Virus record (IMG/VR): IMGVR_UViG_3300035235_000742
Strand: one strand, 5' to 3'
Length of the DNA: 64,000 bases
Origin: an uncultured virus (IMG/VR IMGVR_UViG_3300035235_000742)
Lineage: Duplodnaviria; Heunggongvirae; Uroviricota; Caudoviricetes; Crassvirales
The translations under genes and the position numbers were made by a program. The notes beneath the pieces were generated by a model. It did not search any database, had not been told where the DNA came from, and was given only the letters and a program-made list of their open reading frames with translations. Below, piece after piece: positions 20,001 to 28,262 of this stretch; position 1 is the stretch's first letter; every line of letters starts with the position of its first letter.

Positions 20001-23000
20001 TTTCTTTAATTGCATCATACAATTCTTTACCTCCTGTCTCGCCAAAGCTAGTGTTTTTAAATATCTCATCTATTTTAGTAATGAAGTTTCTTTTAGCCAT
20101 AGGATTAGCCTTGTAGTAGGCTTCAGTAGCCACATGCCCAAATTCATGAACTCTAACACCAGGATTCCACCTACTGAGATCAAATGCCATTACATTAGTC
20201 TCTGGATCATATTGTGCTTTAGCTTTTTGATTCTCTTTAGAAAAGTTATTATTTCTAAATTGCTCGCCACTACCAAACTTTACTTCAACACCCTCAAAAG
20301 ATGGATCAATTAATTGTATTGCTTTAGTCCAGTTATCAGTATACTTTTCTTTAAAGTTAGTTTGAAACTGTTCAAATTCTGAATTATATTTTTCTGGATT
20401 TGTTTCTTTTAGTTTTATATTAGGAGGTGTTAATTCTTTTATATGCATTTCTGCATTAATTAAGTTGTCAACATTAAATTTATCTACAGCATATTGATCA
20501 TATTTTGCTTTTTCTGCTTCATTTAGTTCATCGTATTTCTTTTCTTTACTAGAAGGCTGTTCTATTATTCTCCCGTCTGAATCAACTTTTTGTATCCCTT
20601 GCTCTTTGCCTGTTATTACATCCATTTTATACTGTAACTTGTCAGAAACTCTTTGTTTCATTCCAGTAGTCATTAAGTCTGTTTTTTTCAAGTGCATTCC
20701 TCCAAAAAACCCAAAAGTCATAGCATTAACTATATATCTTTGCTCTTCCTCATCCCAACCATCTTCGCTATTGTATAATTCTTTAAACTTGTTACCAAAA
20801 CTAGCAGCATCACCAGTCATGAAAGCTTCAAAACTAGGCTCTGCTACACCAGCTACTTCAGAAGCCAGTGTCATTACAGCACCATTTTTTATTACAGCAT
20901 TAAACATAGGCTGCATATATGTAAAATTCTTTTTAAAAGGAATAAAGTTTTTAGTAAGCTCTCCAAAAGTATAAAAACTAGTTCCTCCTAAAGGCTTCAT
21001 ATCTAATATAGTCTGCATCTTAGCTTCTTCTACTATAGATCCAATAAAAAGTCTACCTAATGGCGATAATGTTTTAACCCATTTAGCGTAGCCAAAAGCG
21101 TTTAATACACCACCACCCATTGCTAGCGCAGGCAGTTTAGGTATAAATGTTCCTATACCACCGGAGGCTTGCTCTAAAACATTTTGTTTAATATTTTCTT
21201 TTTGAATACCTGTAAGCTTTATACTACCACCATCTGCTAAGCTTTCTAGTTCTGTAGCACTAGCCTTTATAGCTGAATTAATGTTATCAATATTAGCTCT
21301 AGCACCACCTCTTTGTCCTTCTACAAAATACTCTGCATCATCTGGGTTTGAGTCAAATACAATCATATTGTATGTCTCTTTAACAGTGCTCTTAAGTAAG
21401 TTTTCCCAAAATCCAGGTTTAACTATAGACCCAACATCTACATTTCCAGCGTATAAGTTCCTATAGGTTTGAGCCAAAGTTTCTATTTCATTAGCTTCTT
21501 CATTGTACATCTTAATTGCGTCAACATCTTTATCGCTAGCCATACCAGACATCTCATCAAAAAAGCCTGAAAAGTCTTCAGAATCAATACCTAATCTTCT
21601 TAAATCAAATAAAGATATTTTTAAATCACCATTTTTATCAGGTTTTAAACCAGCTTGTTTTAACTTAGGCCAAGCCATGCTTGATCCATACTTCACACTC
21701 CAACTCTTAGGATCACCATTAAATTTTAACGTTATATTAGAGTAATTGCCTTTTTTGCTAAATTCTTGTAGATTTTTTAGTTGATTATTGAACAAAACGC
21801 CTATAGCTTCTCTTTGAGATATTTTAGGGTTACTTTCTAAAACCCTAGTTAAAGCAGGTTCTAAATTATTAGTTGCATTTTGAGACTTTTGCTTTAGATC
21901 ATCAACAGTACCTTGAGACATACCGTATCTATTAAAAAACTGGCCTACTAACTCAGAGTTTGTAGTTACTGTTTTTATTTCTTTATATTTCGCAGCTCCA
22001 GGTTCCCCAGGTATAGATCCTACATTAATTATTTCAGTGCTAGTCTCTGTTCCTGCGTCTTTAATTTGACTAAGCTTTGCATCGTATTGCCTTTGAACGT
22101 CGTCCCTTTCTCTTTTTAGTATTTTAGCTTGATTAGATCTTCTTTCATCATTAAACTCTTTAGATTCTTCTTTATTTTCATTCTCTTCAATCTTATTGTT
22201 ATAATAATTAAGCTGCTTAGTTAATTCTATTTCTTCAAAATTTAGTTTTTGAATTTCTTTTTGCTTTGGTGTTAAACTAGCATCAAAAGAGTTGATAACA
22301 AATTCTTCAAAATCAGGATCTAAATCAACTGAGTTAGACTCTAAAATGTTTTTCATTTTATAATCTTGCTCTACTTTGTATTTATTAGATTCTCTTAGTT
22401 TTTCATATAAAAAATTAAAAGAACTAGGATATATTGCTAAATTACTTTCTTTTTGAAGCTTATTAAATAAACTTTCTTTTATTCTATCGTGATCCTCATC
22501 GCTTATAGTAAAAGATTCGGCGCCTAAACCTTTCTCATAACCCACGCCATACATATATGGGTTGTTGAATGCTTCTCTTTGTAATATATCTAAGTCAGTT
22601 ATTAAATTAACTACTTCTTTTTTATTTGCTGGTTTAGCATTTTGATAATTTTCGGTTTTAAAAGTATCTTTAGAGTAAGTTCCATCTTGATAAACTCCAG
22701 CTTTTATAACTTCACCTAATCTTATATTATCAAAAACACCACCACTTGATATTTTTCCTATTTTATTTTTTATAAAAGAACTATCATCGTCTTTTTCAGG
22801 GTTATCATTTATAAAATTAATAAAATTATCATAAGCTGTTTTACTTTTTTCTAAAGCATCTTCCTCTGGAGTCAAATCATCAGATAGTAGATCGTTGTAG
22901 GCCCCACTTTTTTTACTATTATATATAGTGCCTAACTCTATTATTTTATTGTTTCCAGAACTAATATTTGTTGCTTTAATTTCGTCACTACCAGGTGTTG

Positions 23001-23406
23001 CTTGTTCAAAAGTAAAACCAGGATATAGTTCTCTTAAATCAGACACTATCTCTTGTTCTTCTTTTAATTGAAATTCTTCAAAAGATATTTTTGCTTCAAC
23101 TTCTTTAATAGGTTTTATTTCATAAACATCTTTATGTATTTTCAAATAATCTTCTAAAGTTTCATTTTCTTTTAATTTCCCATTTATTTCTTCAGCTGTA
23201 TATGTTTTTCCTTTGTATTTATATTTAGATTTAGCAGGAGGATCAGTGTCATTTCCAACTTCAATTACTTCAGTTTCTTCAACCTCTTCAGTATCGTTGT
23301 CAATATCGGCTTCAGCATCTGGTTCGTATTCTTTCATTTTTAAAATGAAGTCATCTTCTGATAATCCTTGATCTATTAAATCTTTAGCATAATCTTCTCT
23401 TGTCAT
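14035..23406 (-). CDS. giant (3123 aa) multi-domain putative internal virion/ejection protein with zincin-like and HAD phosphatase-like domains
   Basis: Last gene of the structural arm; HEFGH; HAD motifs LDADDV/LTARS/K/FFDD. Confidence 0.8.
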   Translation of the reverse strand: MTREDYAKDLIDQGLSEDDFILKMKEYEPDAEADIDNDTEEVEETEVIEVGNDTDPPAKSKYKYKGKTYTAEEINGKLKENETLEDYLKIHKDVYEIKPIKEVEAKISFEEFQLKEEQEIVSDLRELYPGFTFEQATPGSDEIKATNISSGNNKIIELGTIYNSKKSGAYNDLLSDDLTPEEDALEKSKTAYDNFINFINDNPEKDDDSSFIKNKIGKISSGGVFDNIRLGEVIKAGVYQDGTYSKDTFKTENYQNAKPANKKEVVNLITDLDILQREAFNNPYMYGVGYEKGLGAESFTISDEDHDRIKESLFNKLQKESNLAIYPSSFNFLYEKLRESNKYKVEQDYKMKNILESNSVDLDPDFEEFVINSFDASLTPKQKEIQKLNFEEIELTKQLNYYNNKIEENENKEESKEFNDERRSNQAKILKRERDDVQRQYDAKLSQIKDAGTETSTEIINVGSIPGEPGAAKYKEIKTVTTNSELVGQFFNRYGMSQGTVDDLKQKSQNATNNLEPALTRVLESNPKISQREAIGVLFNNQLKNLQEFSKKGNYSNITLKFNGDPKSWSVKYGSSMAWPKLKQAGLKPDKNGDLKISLFDLRRLGIDSEDFSGFFDEMSGMASDKDVDAIKMYNEEANEIETLAQTYRNLYAGNVDVGSIVKPGFWENLLKSTVKETYNMIVFDSNPDDAEYFVEGQRGGARANIDNINSAIKASATELESLADGGSIKLTGIQKENIKQNVLEQASGGIGTFIPKLPALAMGGGVLNAFGYAKWVKTLSPLGRLFIGSIVEEAKMQTILDMKPLGGTSFYTFGELTKNFIPFKKNFTYMQPMFNAVIKNGAVMTLASEVAGVAEPSFEAFMTGDAASFGNKFKELYNSEDGWDEEEQRYIVNAMTFGFFGGMHLKKTDLMTTGMKQRVSDKLQYKMDVITGKEQGIQKVDSDGRIIEQPSSKEKKYDELNEAEKAKYDQYAVDKFNVDNLINAEMHIKELTPPNIKLKETNPEKYNSEFEQFQTNFKEKYTDNWTKAIQLIDPSFEGVEVKFGSGEQFRNNNFSKENQKAKAQYDPETNVMAFDLSRWNPGVRVHEFGHVATEAYYKANPMAKRNFITKIDEIFKNTSFGETGGKELYDAIKEKYNINLSEQSTTGEMANEYLSFVGEYLSNPKVFYSSPDVANTLLKEISLEFRGIGIELGIKNNVPTNVNQLVRQIANIVQRSNKNQSVNNLVSGIYGNLNKVGDELEKINIRERLTEEGNAEAETAREGYKFNEAKKAIGSFDLSRKTTDEIVAENEKIEKGIFERAIDNPGKSLKELVTDEDRFNLYMNNQAKKYDLINNYERRSFGSTGVLKEKYGEVSYEGIMDYLDKQLYEYTGRWDPSEGGGSFGKYINQPRGFSSQLVNAFEKGGKIMVKNSEGKLEFVSDRLGGEAGEIAMANLTEPTSSSLKQSGILGDVEAGLIDNKGEIVPTRLYKNVEKSSEELENAIIELDLAEEGIESYKTTLDKSNIAAEFGVGEKKVNNENGSFKGKTSTRLSGKEVELSQKFISENARALYDNLPKNITDKGASEKIRGTSTGIQPNLLNAFYEQKGRINNKQGNVEQTKLPFDEAKFLEYFGIKDGVFETLKDNGKIDQRIKSLIHQQGKAITNYEIRRVKELTANQIEDLKSGKSDALPSKSLEGFMEELTYFENLGKKVDRKKLAKKYGLKDTDLKIGLIVDFRDANKILDWWNKAKEDIRVIEKADSKIEKAAQEKAEKEIKFFKDNFPEVEKIFGFKKGKLDYKALGNRSVNLTYEDYAPRFIKSNKKILSLFPSLSSLPPDFRNYLEITLGKGKIKGSFTPEKYQKFDKNLKDFVDPNYMPVKEFNDVFGNEKTSLEVEDWMYDVWQPNYNESGLKKSWSKALAEAKEEFPNWETSDKLAYKQYLTSRGRQLLSNPKLVDANGKMLPDAYERTMTANRKAISLLYNNLAKNYLENPTKETIENIFTFLQMQTNSQESILKGLVPMEYLSLREAPAIDNPTGTKFHNEHMKELSNANMGFLRILAKYKNNPEKLEIEIKNHVSDFSQALTTKQNQKLKDAKGGGFQFSKNKDINTFVSKNEAANTIILSGDYQASTVADMIINEKGIEIAKQSINKIPDNELSSSGVEVKRILNNIKETNEVVTNNLEVINEAGLTTRPENVTEVSEVLGKDKGKTLDVKGTIKPLGIIDKANSNSRIPLDKVKPKPIKVIDLDKALPKLRVLDADDVLLYSNSKVYASNGVKVKLNKKGQPTSGTKKLIKEGKIKVLNAAEFAKSGEKLKDQGWEMNFEDFDRVVDGKPGPLLEAAKKMINKRGGDNVYVLTARSPKSQRPLFKWLKSKGANFKEENVVGLGNSSGQAKADWMVEKYSEGFNEISFFDDAIGNIDAAKAAFNAYDLNGTAQLVKKPKASLNLSEEFNKNLEESSGIGREKVYSDVKAKLVGATKKRQRFFIPSSAEDFTGLLYTTLGKGKEGEAHMAFYQKNLLDPYNRATENLSQDRVNLFADFKALKEQLQVPKDLKLKTESGFTNEQAVRAYLWGQTGKEIPGLSKTDFAELNKVIESNPKLQAFADQILEVTKGDGYSEPGRDWAVGTITTDLMDLLQTTKRAKYLQEFETNKNAIFSPDNLNKLEAAYGAKYREALENSLSRMKNGSNRTPGGNKLTNNVLNYINQSTAVTMFANTRSALLQTISAANFLNQSFNNPLKAGKAFANQPQYWKDYSKLINSDYLVDRRNGLKLNISESEIANAAKTSKNKAKAVLNYMLEKGYAPTKYADSFAIASGGALFYRNRINDLMKNGIVDSPTDPRKYTLKEAEAQALKEWRASSEMSQQSSDPSKISQQQSSDIGRVILQYVNTPMQYARMQKRDVQDMVNKRAMPGKTLAESNRIRIGRVAYYGFLQNMIFNTLQQGTFSLLAGDNEDLTKKQEKKLVKTANGMLDSSLRGLGMAGVSVQVIKNLGIDIYDRTKKSRPEYSDAYKQLLNFSPAIKRKLSGIEQAGYPFNSKKAREKVFNMGPYNPANPAYESMAKVISATTNVPLDRMYRKIENLKDATADDNEAWESVAMFLGWPKWQIKDEQEEEKPNSSFKLKSGVKLKGGIKLKKGIKLK

Positions 23407-23408
23407 AC

Positions 23409-25286
23409 TTACGTTGTTTGAGATCTGTAAAAGTTTCTTAATTCATCTTCAGTGGATTCTGGTAAAACTACTTCAACTACATCGATATCTTTTAGCCCTG
23501 TTTTCTTTAAGTTAGCTTTTTTAATGTTTTCATACTCTTTAGATTTTGATAAAGCATTTAAAATGTCCATTTCAAAAGCGTCATAGCCATTGAGAAAGTC
23601 TTTAGCTTCCCAACCACCTACGCCTTTAACGTAGAATGCATCAAGTACTTTAGCATCTAATGGTACATTTTTATCACCATGTAGTTGTATTGCAAGTTCT
23701 TCAGCTATTGTGTCTCCTTGGTAATATAATTTATTATTTGCATCTGGTGAAGAGCTCATAGAATTTAATAATGCAGCAAGTGTAGAAGGTTTCTTACTTA
23801 ATTCTGTCCAATGGGTTTTTATATCTTCTAAATCAATTTTTCTATTTCCTTCAGGTTTACCTAAAGCGGTATTTATTGCTTTAAGTTTAACTTTTTGATT
23901 AGCTTCTTGTTGTGTTTTGTCGTCGCCGTCGCCTCTTGGATATAAAGTTATACCATCTTCTAGCGCTACGATTCGCGCTGCAGATTGTATTTTAGTTAAT
24001 TTTTCCTCTTTTAATTGAGTTTCAGTTACGCCATAATTACTAATTGAAGTTTCACTTCCATAAGCTAATTTCATTGACTCTAGCATCAACATTTTAGCTC
24101 TTTCATTTTGTTCTGGTGTTCCTTTATATATTCGCATTTCTGGATCACCATTCGGCCCACCCATCATTTGCCAGTTGTTTTGAGCATAGTTATAACCTGG
24201 TATGGAGCCTTGAGTACTATTTAAACCGCCTCCATCTATCCACAACGCGACCTCTTTCTTCATTACTTCATTTGCTTTATCAAAAGATTTTATAGTTTGC
24301 CTTTTAGTAACTGAAGAAGTTCCATTTTTTTCATTTTCGCTACTATATTTAGAAACACCATTGTAATGTGATTTAATTCTAGAATTCCAAACAGCTTTTA
24401 ACATGTCATCGAATGGTTTTGCTTTAGTGACTCCCATTAAAGAACCACCTTGACCTAGAAGTTTATTATATCTCTTGTAGGATACATTTACACTTTTACC
24501 ATTTTCATCAGTATATCTAAGCATTGATGTACCGTCAGGAGACTGCCCAGGCATTAAAGTTGTGAATCTATTTTGATTAGTTGAAAAAAGTATATCTCTT
24601 TCCATAGCAGCTCTTACATCAAAGTCAGGTTGGCCGTCAAACAGCAACGTGCCTTGAATACCTGCTTTGTTAGGTATAATTGATCCATCAAATTTAAATG
24701 CTGTTTTTGAAGCTATTGACTCATTGTTTACTAGTGATGTTATTACAGGAATCTCTTCAGTCATTTGCTTTATTTGATTAACTATAAAGTCTCTTTCAGG
24801 TGATCCTTTTTCGTGTTTACCTAATTCATTAACAAGAAACGTTAAATCAGTTTTCATTGATAATTCAATACCTCCTTCTCCAACTATTTGTCTAGCTGCA
24901 GCAGCTATTTGATCTTGTGTCATATTAGCATACTCAGGTCTACCACCTAAATAATTATCACTCTGAGGATCTAAGCTGTATTGTATAGCATTTCCACCAA
25001 CATCTCTTAATGTAATCTCGTCATTTTGAATAGTTTGGTTATTAACATCTACAATTGAAGGAACTTGATTTGCTTTTGATTCTAACTCTGCATTTTCTTT
25101 TAGAATTATTCTTTTAGCTTCATCTTCTTTTAAATCTTTTTTAATTCTTTCCTGCTCTTCTTTTAGTTTTCTTGCTCTATTGGCTTCTACGTCTTTAATT
25201 ATTTTAGAATTTATGTCTTCAATAGCTTCAGGTATCATACCTAAAGTTTTATCTAATACTAATCCTGGTTGTCTATAAGTTCCCAT
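23409..25286 (-). CDS. putative internal virion protein
   Basis: 625 aa, helical, between the tail genes and the giant protein. Confidence 0.6.
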   Translation of the reverse strand: MGTYRQPGLVLDKTLGMIPEAIEDINSKIIKDVEANRARKLKEEQERIKKDLKEDEAKRIILKENAELESKANQVPSIVDVNNQTIQNDEITLRDVGGNAIQYSLDPQSDNYLGGRPEYANMTQDQIAAAARQIVGEGGIELSMKTDLTFLVNELGKHEKGSPERDFIVNQIKQMTEEIPVITSLVNNESIASKTAFKFDGSIIPNKAGIQGTLLFDGQPDFDVRAAMERDILFSTNQNRFTTLMPGQSPDGTSMLRYTDENGKSVNVSYKRYNKLLGQGGSLMGVTKAKPFDDMLKAVWNSRIKSHYNGVSKYSSENEKNGTSSVTKRQTIKSFDKANEVMKKEVALWIDGGGLNSTQGSIPGYNYAQNNWQMMGGPNGDPEMRIYKGTPEQNERAKMLMLESMKLAYGSETSISNYGVTETQLKEEKLTKIQSAARIVALEDGITLYPRGDGDDKTQQEANQKVKLKAINTALGKPEGNRKIDLEDIKTHWTELSKKPSTLAALLNSMSSSPDANNKLYYQGDTIAEELAIQLHGDKNVPLDAKVLDAFYVKGVGGWEAKDFLNGYDAFEMDILNALSKSKEYENIKKANLKKTGLKDIDVVEVVLPESTEDELRNFYRSQTT

Positions 25287-25287
25287 A

Positions 25288-26337
25288 TTATTTTATTCTT
25301 TTAAAGTCAACATCTACTTTAGAGTAATCAACCATGTCATATCCATCATCGCCAACTAAAACAGCTTCTTTAGGCACTTCGTTAGACATTACACCCTGAT
25401 AAGTACCTTCTTTATTTATATAGTCAAATTCATATATATTTAATCCAGATTTTGATTTACCAATTTTACTTATATTTTTCTTTAATCTTATATCACTACC
25501 AGTAAACTGCGGTCCACTAAAGAATTGCGATGTAAAACCACCACTAGAACCAAATCCACCACCTGCGCTACCACTTGAGCCGCCACCGCCTAGTTTACCA
25601 AATTGTCCACCTGCAACACCTAACAAACCAGTTGCTGCCCCAGTGAAAGAAGACATAGCGTCATTTCTATATTGTTGTTCTTGTGCTCTGCTATTATCAT
25701 ATAAACCTTGCATTCTGTCTAATTCTGTATTGTCTCTAGTTTCTTGAGCATTAAACATCATTGCTTTTCCTTTACCCAGTTGCCCTTGAACTCTAGCATT
25801 TTCTGCTGATTGCATTGATTCAACTCTACTTTTTTCAGCAGCTATCTGCTGTTGTAATACTTGTTCACCTTGAGCTCTTAATTTTTGATTTTGAGTTTCT
25901 TGCTGCTCTATACTTGCTGAAATACCTTGTTTACTTTTTGCTGCCGCCTGAGCTAAAGCGGTTGCCCCACCAGCGCCCATTCCGCCAGATCTTAAAGTAT
26001 CTAAAGTGTTTGCTAGAGCTTGATCAGTTTGCTGTGCTTCAAATTCAGCTGCTTGAGTAGCAACTTTTAAATTAGCATACGGGTTGCTAAACTCACCAGA
26101 ATTATCTTCAAATTGAAAAGCAGATGATCCTGAATATGGATTTTCTATAGGTTGTCTTTCAAAATTGTTTAAATTATCTAAAAGAGCGGTGCTGTCGTTA
26201 GCTGTATCATTTGCTTTTTTATTAGCTATAACTCCATTAACAACATTTATTCCTACACTTAATAGTCCTAAGGCCACACCTATTCCTTTTTTTTCTCCTT
26301 TATTTCTCCTTAGTTTATTGCTTATTAAATGCCCCAT
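25288..26337 (-). CDS. putative ejection/pilot-like protein with C-terminal intramolecular-chaperone (peptidase S74-like) domain
   Basis: Ala/Gln-rich coiled coil, Gly-rich linker, SDIRLKKNI...GVMSNEV..YSKV. Confidence 0.7.
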   Translation of the reverse strand: MGHLISNKLRRNKGEKKGIGVALGLLSVGINVVNGVIANKKANDTANDSTALLDNLNNFERQPIENPYSGSSAFQFEDNSGEFSNPYANLKVATQAAEFEAQQTDQALANTLDTLRSGGMGAGGATALAQAAAKSKQGISASIEQQETQNQKLRAQGEQVLQQQIAAEKSRVESMQSAENARVQGQLGKGKAMMFNAQETRDNTELDRMQGLYDNSRAQEQQYRNDAMSSFTGAATGLLGVAGGQFGKLGGGGSSGSAGGGFGSSGGFTSQFFSGPQFTGSDIRLKKNISKIGKSKSGLNIYEFDYINKEGTYQGVMSNEVPKEAVLVGDDGYDMVDYSKVDVDFKRIK

Positions 26338-26375
26338 GTATTTGAATTTTTAATTATACTTTTCATAATTGTATT

Positions 26376-28211
26376 TTAAGATGTTTGAATAAAGTTTGAA
26401 GCTACAGAAAATATTTCTTTTTCACTTCCAATTTCAGTAATTGAATCTGTAGATATTTGAACAGTGGCAAAATACCCTTTTATACCACTCATTTTATTTC
26501 CAAATATAACTTCTCCTGGTCTAGGAGGATAGTTTGAGTCTGTTTGTTTTTGAACTAAAGCAGCCATATATTTGTTTTCTTTTCTATTAAAGCCAGCATA
26601 CTCGTAGGGAGGTTGTGTAGCTAAAAGGCCTGTGTTATTAGGTGTATGAGACTCATATCTACCTTCTAAATAGCTATAGACTACATTTGTTTTATCTTGA
26701 AAGCTGTTATAAATATTTTGATTATTTATAGTTTCCATAAAATCCTCACCTTCAACATCACCATCAAAAGATTTTATTTCCCAACCACTATTCCCTTCAT
26801 AACTAACTGTATTAAAGTTTTTACTAATCAAGGGAGATTTATTAAATATAAAAGTTACACTAGCTGAATTATAAGGTTGTTCATACCAAAATCCTCTTCT
26901 ATTAGCTGTAACATTATCATAATGCAAGTAAAGATCTTTTATATTAATAGTAAAAAGTGCGTTTTCTACACTGAATATCTTAGTTGGCTTAAAAGAAAAT
27001 CTACTAGTCCAGCCATTTATACTTTCATTAAAATTTAAAGTTTGATAAGTGGAAGTATCATTACTAGTAAATGTAGAATTCTTCTGCATAGATAGCAAGT
27101 AGTCCTTAGAATGAACATCATAACCACCGTTAGCTCTACCTCTATCAGGACTTACAAATCTCATTATAGTTTGTACATCTAAAGTAACTTTTTTACTTAA
27201 TGTTATTTGAGTTTGAGTAGGGTTTCCAGGAGCAGGACTTTCTATATCTACAATATAAGCATCAGGAACACTAGGAAAAAAAGATATTCCATCAGTGGAA
27301 AATTGAAAACCACTACCTATTTGTAGGTTTCCTGTTTCCCCTTCACCTCCTCGTATACTGGAAGTTACAACATTTATACTAAAATAATCACCAGCAAAAG
27401 CTTTAGACCTTGTAGCTGTTACATAATAGTTTTTAAAATCATTATCAATTTTTCTTAACTCATCTCTAAAGTAGCTAGTCATACCATAATTGCTTATTGG
27501 AGTTATGCCATCTCTAGAGAGCCTTAATACTACATTTCTATCTTTATCTGTAAAATATTTTTGAAAACCATAAACGCCAAAAGATTCAGGGTTTTGACTT
27601 ATACCAAACTCACCAAGATAAGGTACTATTTGTCCAATAACTACTCCCGGAGGTAAAGTTTGTGTACCACCTTCAGATGTATAAGTAACATCCTTATCTA
27701 TTAAAGCTCTATTTACTTTATTTTCTTGAAATATTAGTAGATTAGTATCCTCTGCATATAATCTTTGAATTGAACCGCTTGCTGGGTCTAAGGATCTAGT
27801 TATATTCTCTCCTATTGAAAAAACGTTAGTATCATTAGCTCCTGTTCTAGAATTATAAACGCCTGAGTATATTAAACTATTAAATCTTCGCTCTTGCGCG
27901 TTGACTTCTTCATCTAAATATGCTCTAACACCAAAATCAACAGTAGCATTTCCAAACCCACCTCTTATTCTGGATTCTTCTATATAAAAGTTACTTCTAA
28001 GTCTATTTTTAATAACATTACCTCCATATTCCCAGAAATTATCCTCAGAACCTGAAGGACCTGTTTCGTTTAAATTATTATTACCTAAACCGCTTACAGT
28101 ATCACCAAATTCAACAGGTCCTGGAAATGTTCCAGAATTTATACCACTTCCAGTTTCTAACTTTTTTGTCCAAAAAGAATTAAAATATTTGATTTCTAAT
28201 ATTGCTCCCAT
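26376..28211 (-). CDS. tail nozzle/stabilization-like protein (C-terminal part)
   Basis: beta-rich; YFTDKDR.VVLRLSRDGITPIS.YGM pattern typical of crAss-like/P22 gp10-type tail proteins. Confidence 0.65.
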   Translation of the reverse strand: MGAILEIKYFNSFWTKKLETGSGINSGTFPGPVEFGDTVSGLGNNNLNETGPSGSEDNFWEYGGNVIKNRLRSNFYIEESRIRGGFGNATVDFGVRAYLDEEVNAQERRFNSLIYSGVYNSRTGANDTNVFSIGENITRSLDPASGSIQRLYAEDTNLLIFQENKVNRALIDKDVTYTSEGGTQTLPPGVVIGQIVPYLGEFGISQNPESFGVYGFQKYFTDKDRNVVLRLSRDGITPISNYGMTSYFRDELRKIDNDFKNYYVTATRSKAFAGDYFSINVVTSSIRGGEGETGNLQIGSGFQFSTDGISFFPSVPDAYIVDIESPAPGNPTQTQITLSKKVTLDVQTIMRFVSPDRGRANGGYDVHSKDYLLSMQKNSTFTSNDTSTYQTLNFNESINGWTSRFSFKPTKIFSVENALFTINIKDLYLHYDNVTANRRGFWYEQPYNSASVTFIFNKSPLISKNFNTVSYEGNSGWEIKSFDGDVEGEDFMETINNQNIYNSFQDKTNVVYSYLEGRYESHTPNNTGLLATQPPYEYAGFNRKENKYMAALVQKQTDSNYPPRPGEVIFGNKMSGIKGYFATVQISTDSITEIGSEKEIFSVASNFIQTS

Positions 28212-28213
28212 AT

Positions 28214-28241
28214 AATTATTACTTAATTTTTTATTTTTTTA
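28214..28241 (-). promoter_or_regulatory. class B promoter-like motif
   Basis: TAAAaaaataaaaaattaaGTAATAAT followed by tatATG on the - strand. Confidence 0.5.
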
Positions 28242-28262
28242 CTCATTAACAACATGGCGAGA

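Noticed and set aside
14075..21745. Several + strand ORFs (60-122 aa) inside the giant gene, and similar antisense ORFs elsewhere (e.g. 36684, 39580, 53215, 56635, 60770)
   Set aside because: Antisense shadows of long real genes, with S/L/F-rich composition and no initiation context.
14035..23406. Giant protein as a crAss-like virion RNA polymerase
   Set aside because: No DxDxD catalytic motif of double-psi-barrel RNAPs and no N4/T7-type motifs were recognised by eye; unresolved without structure prediction.
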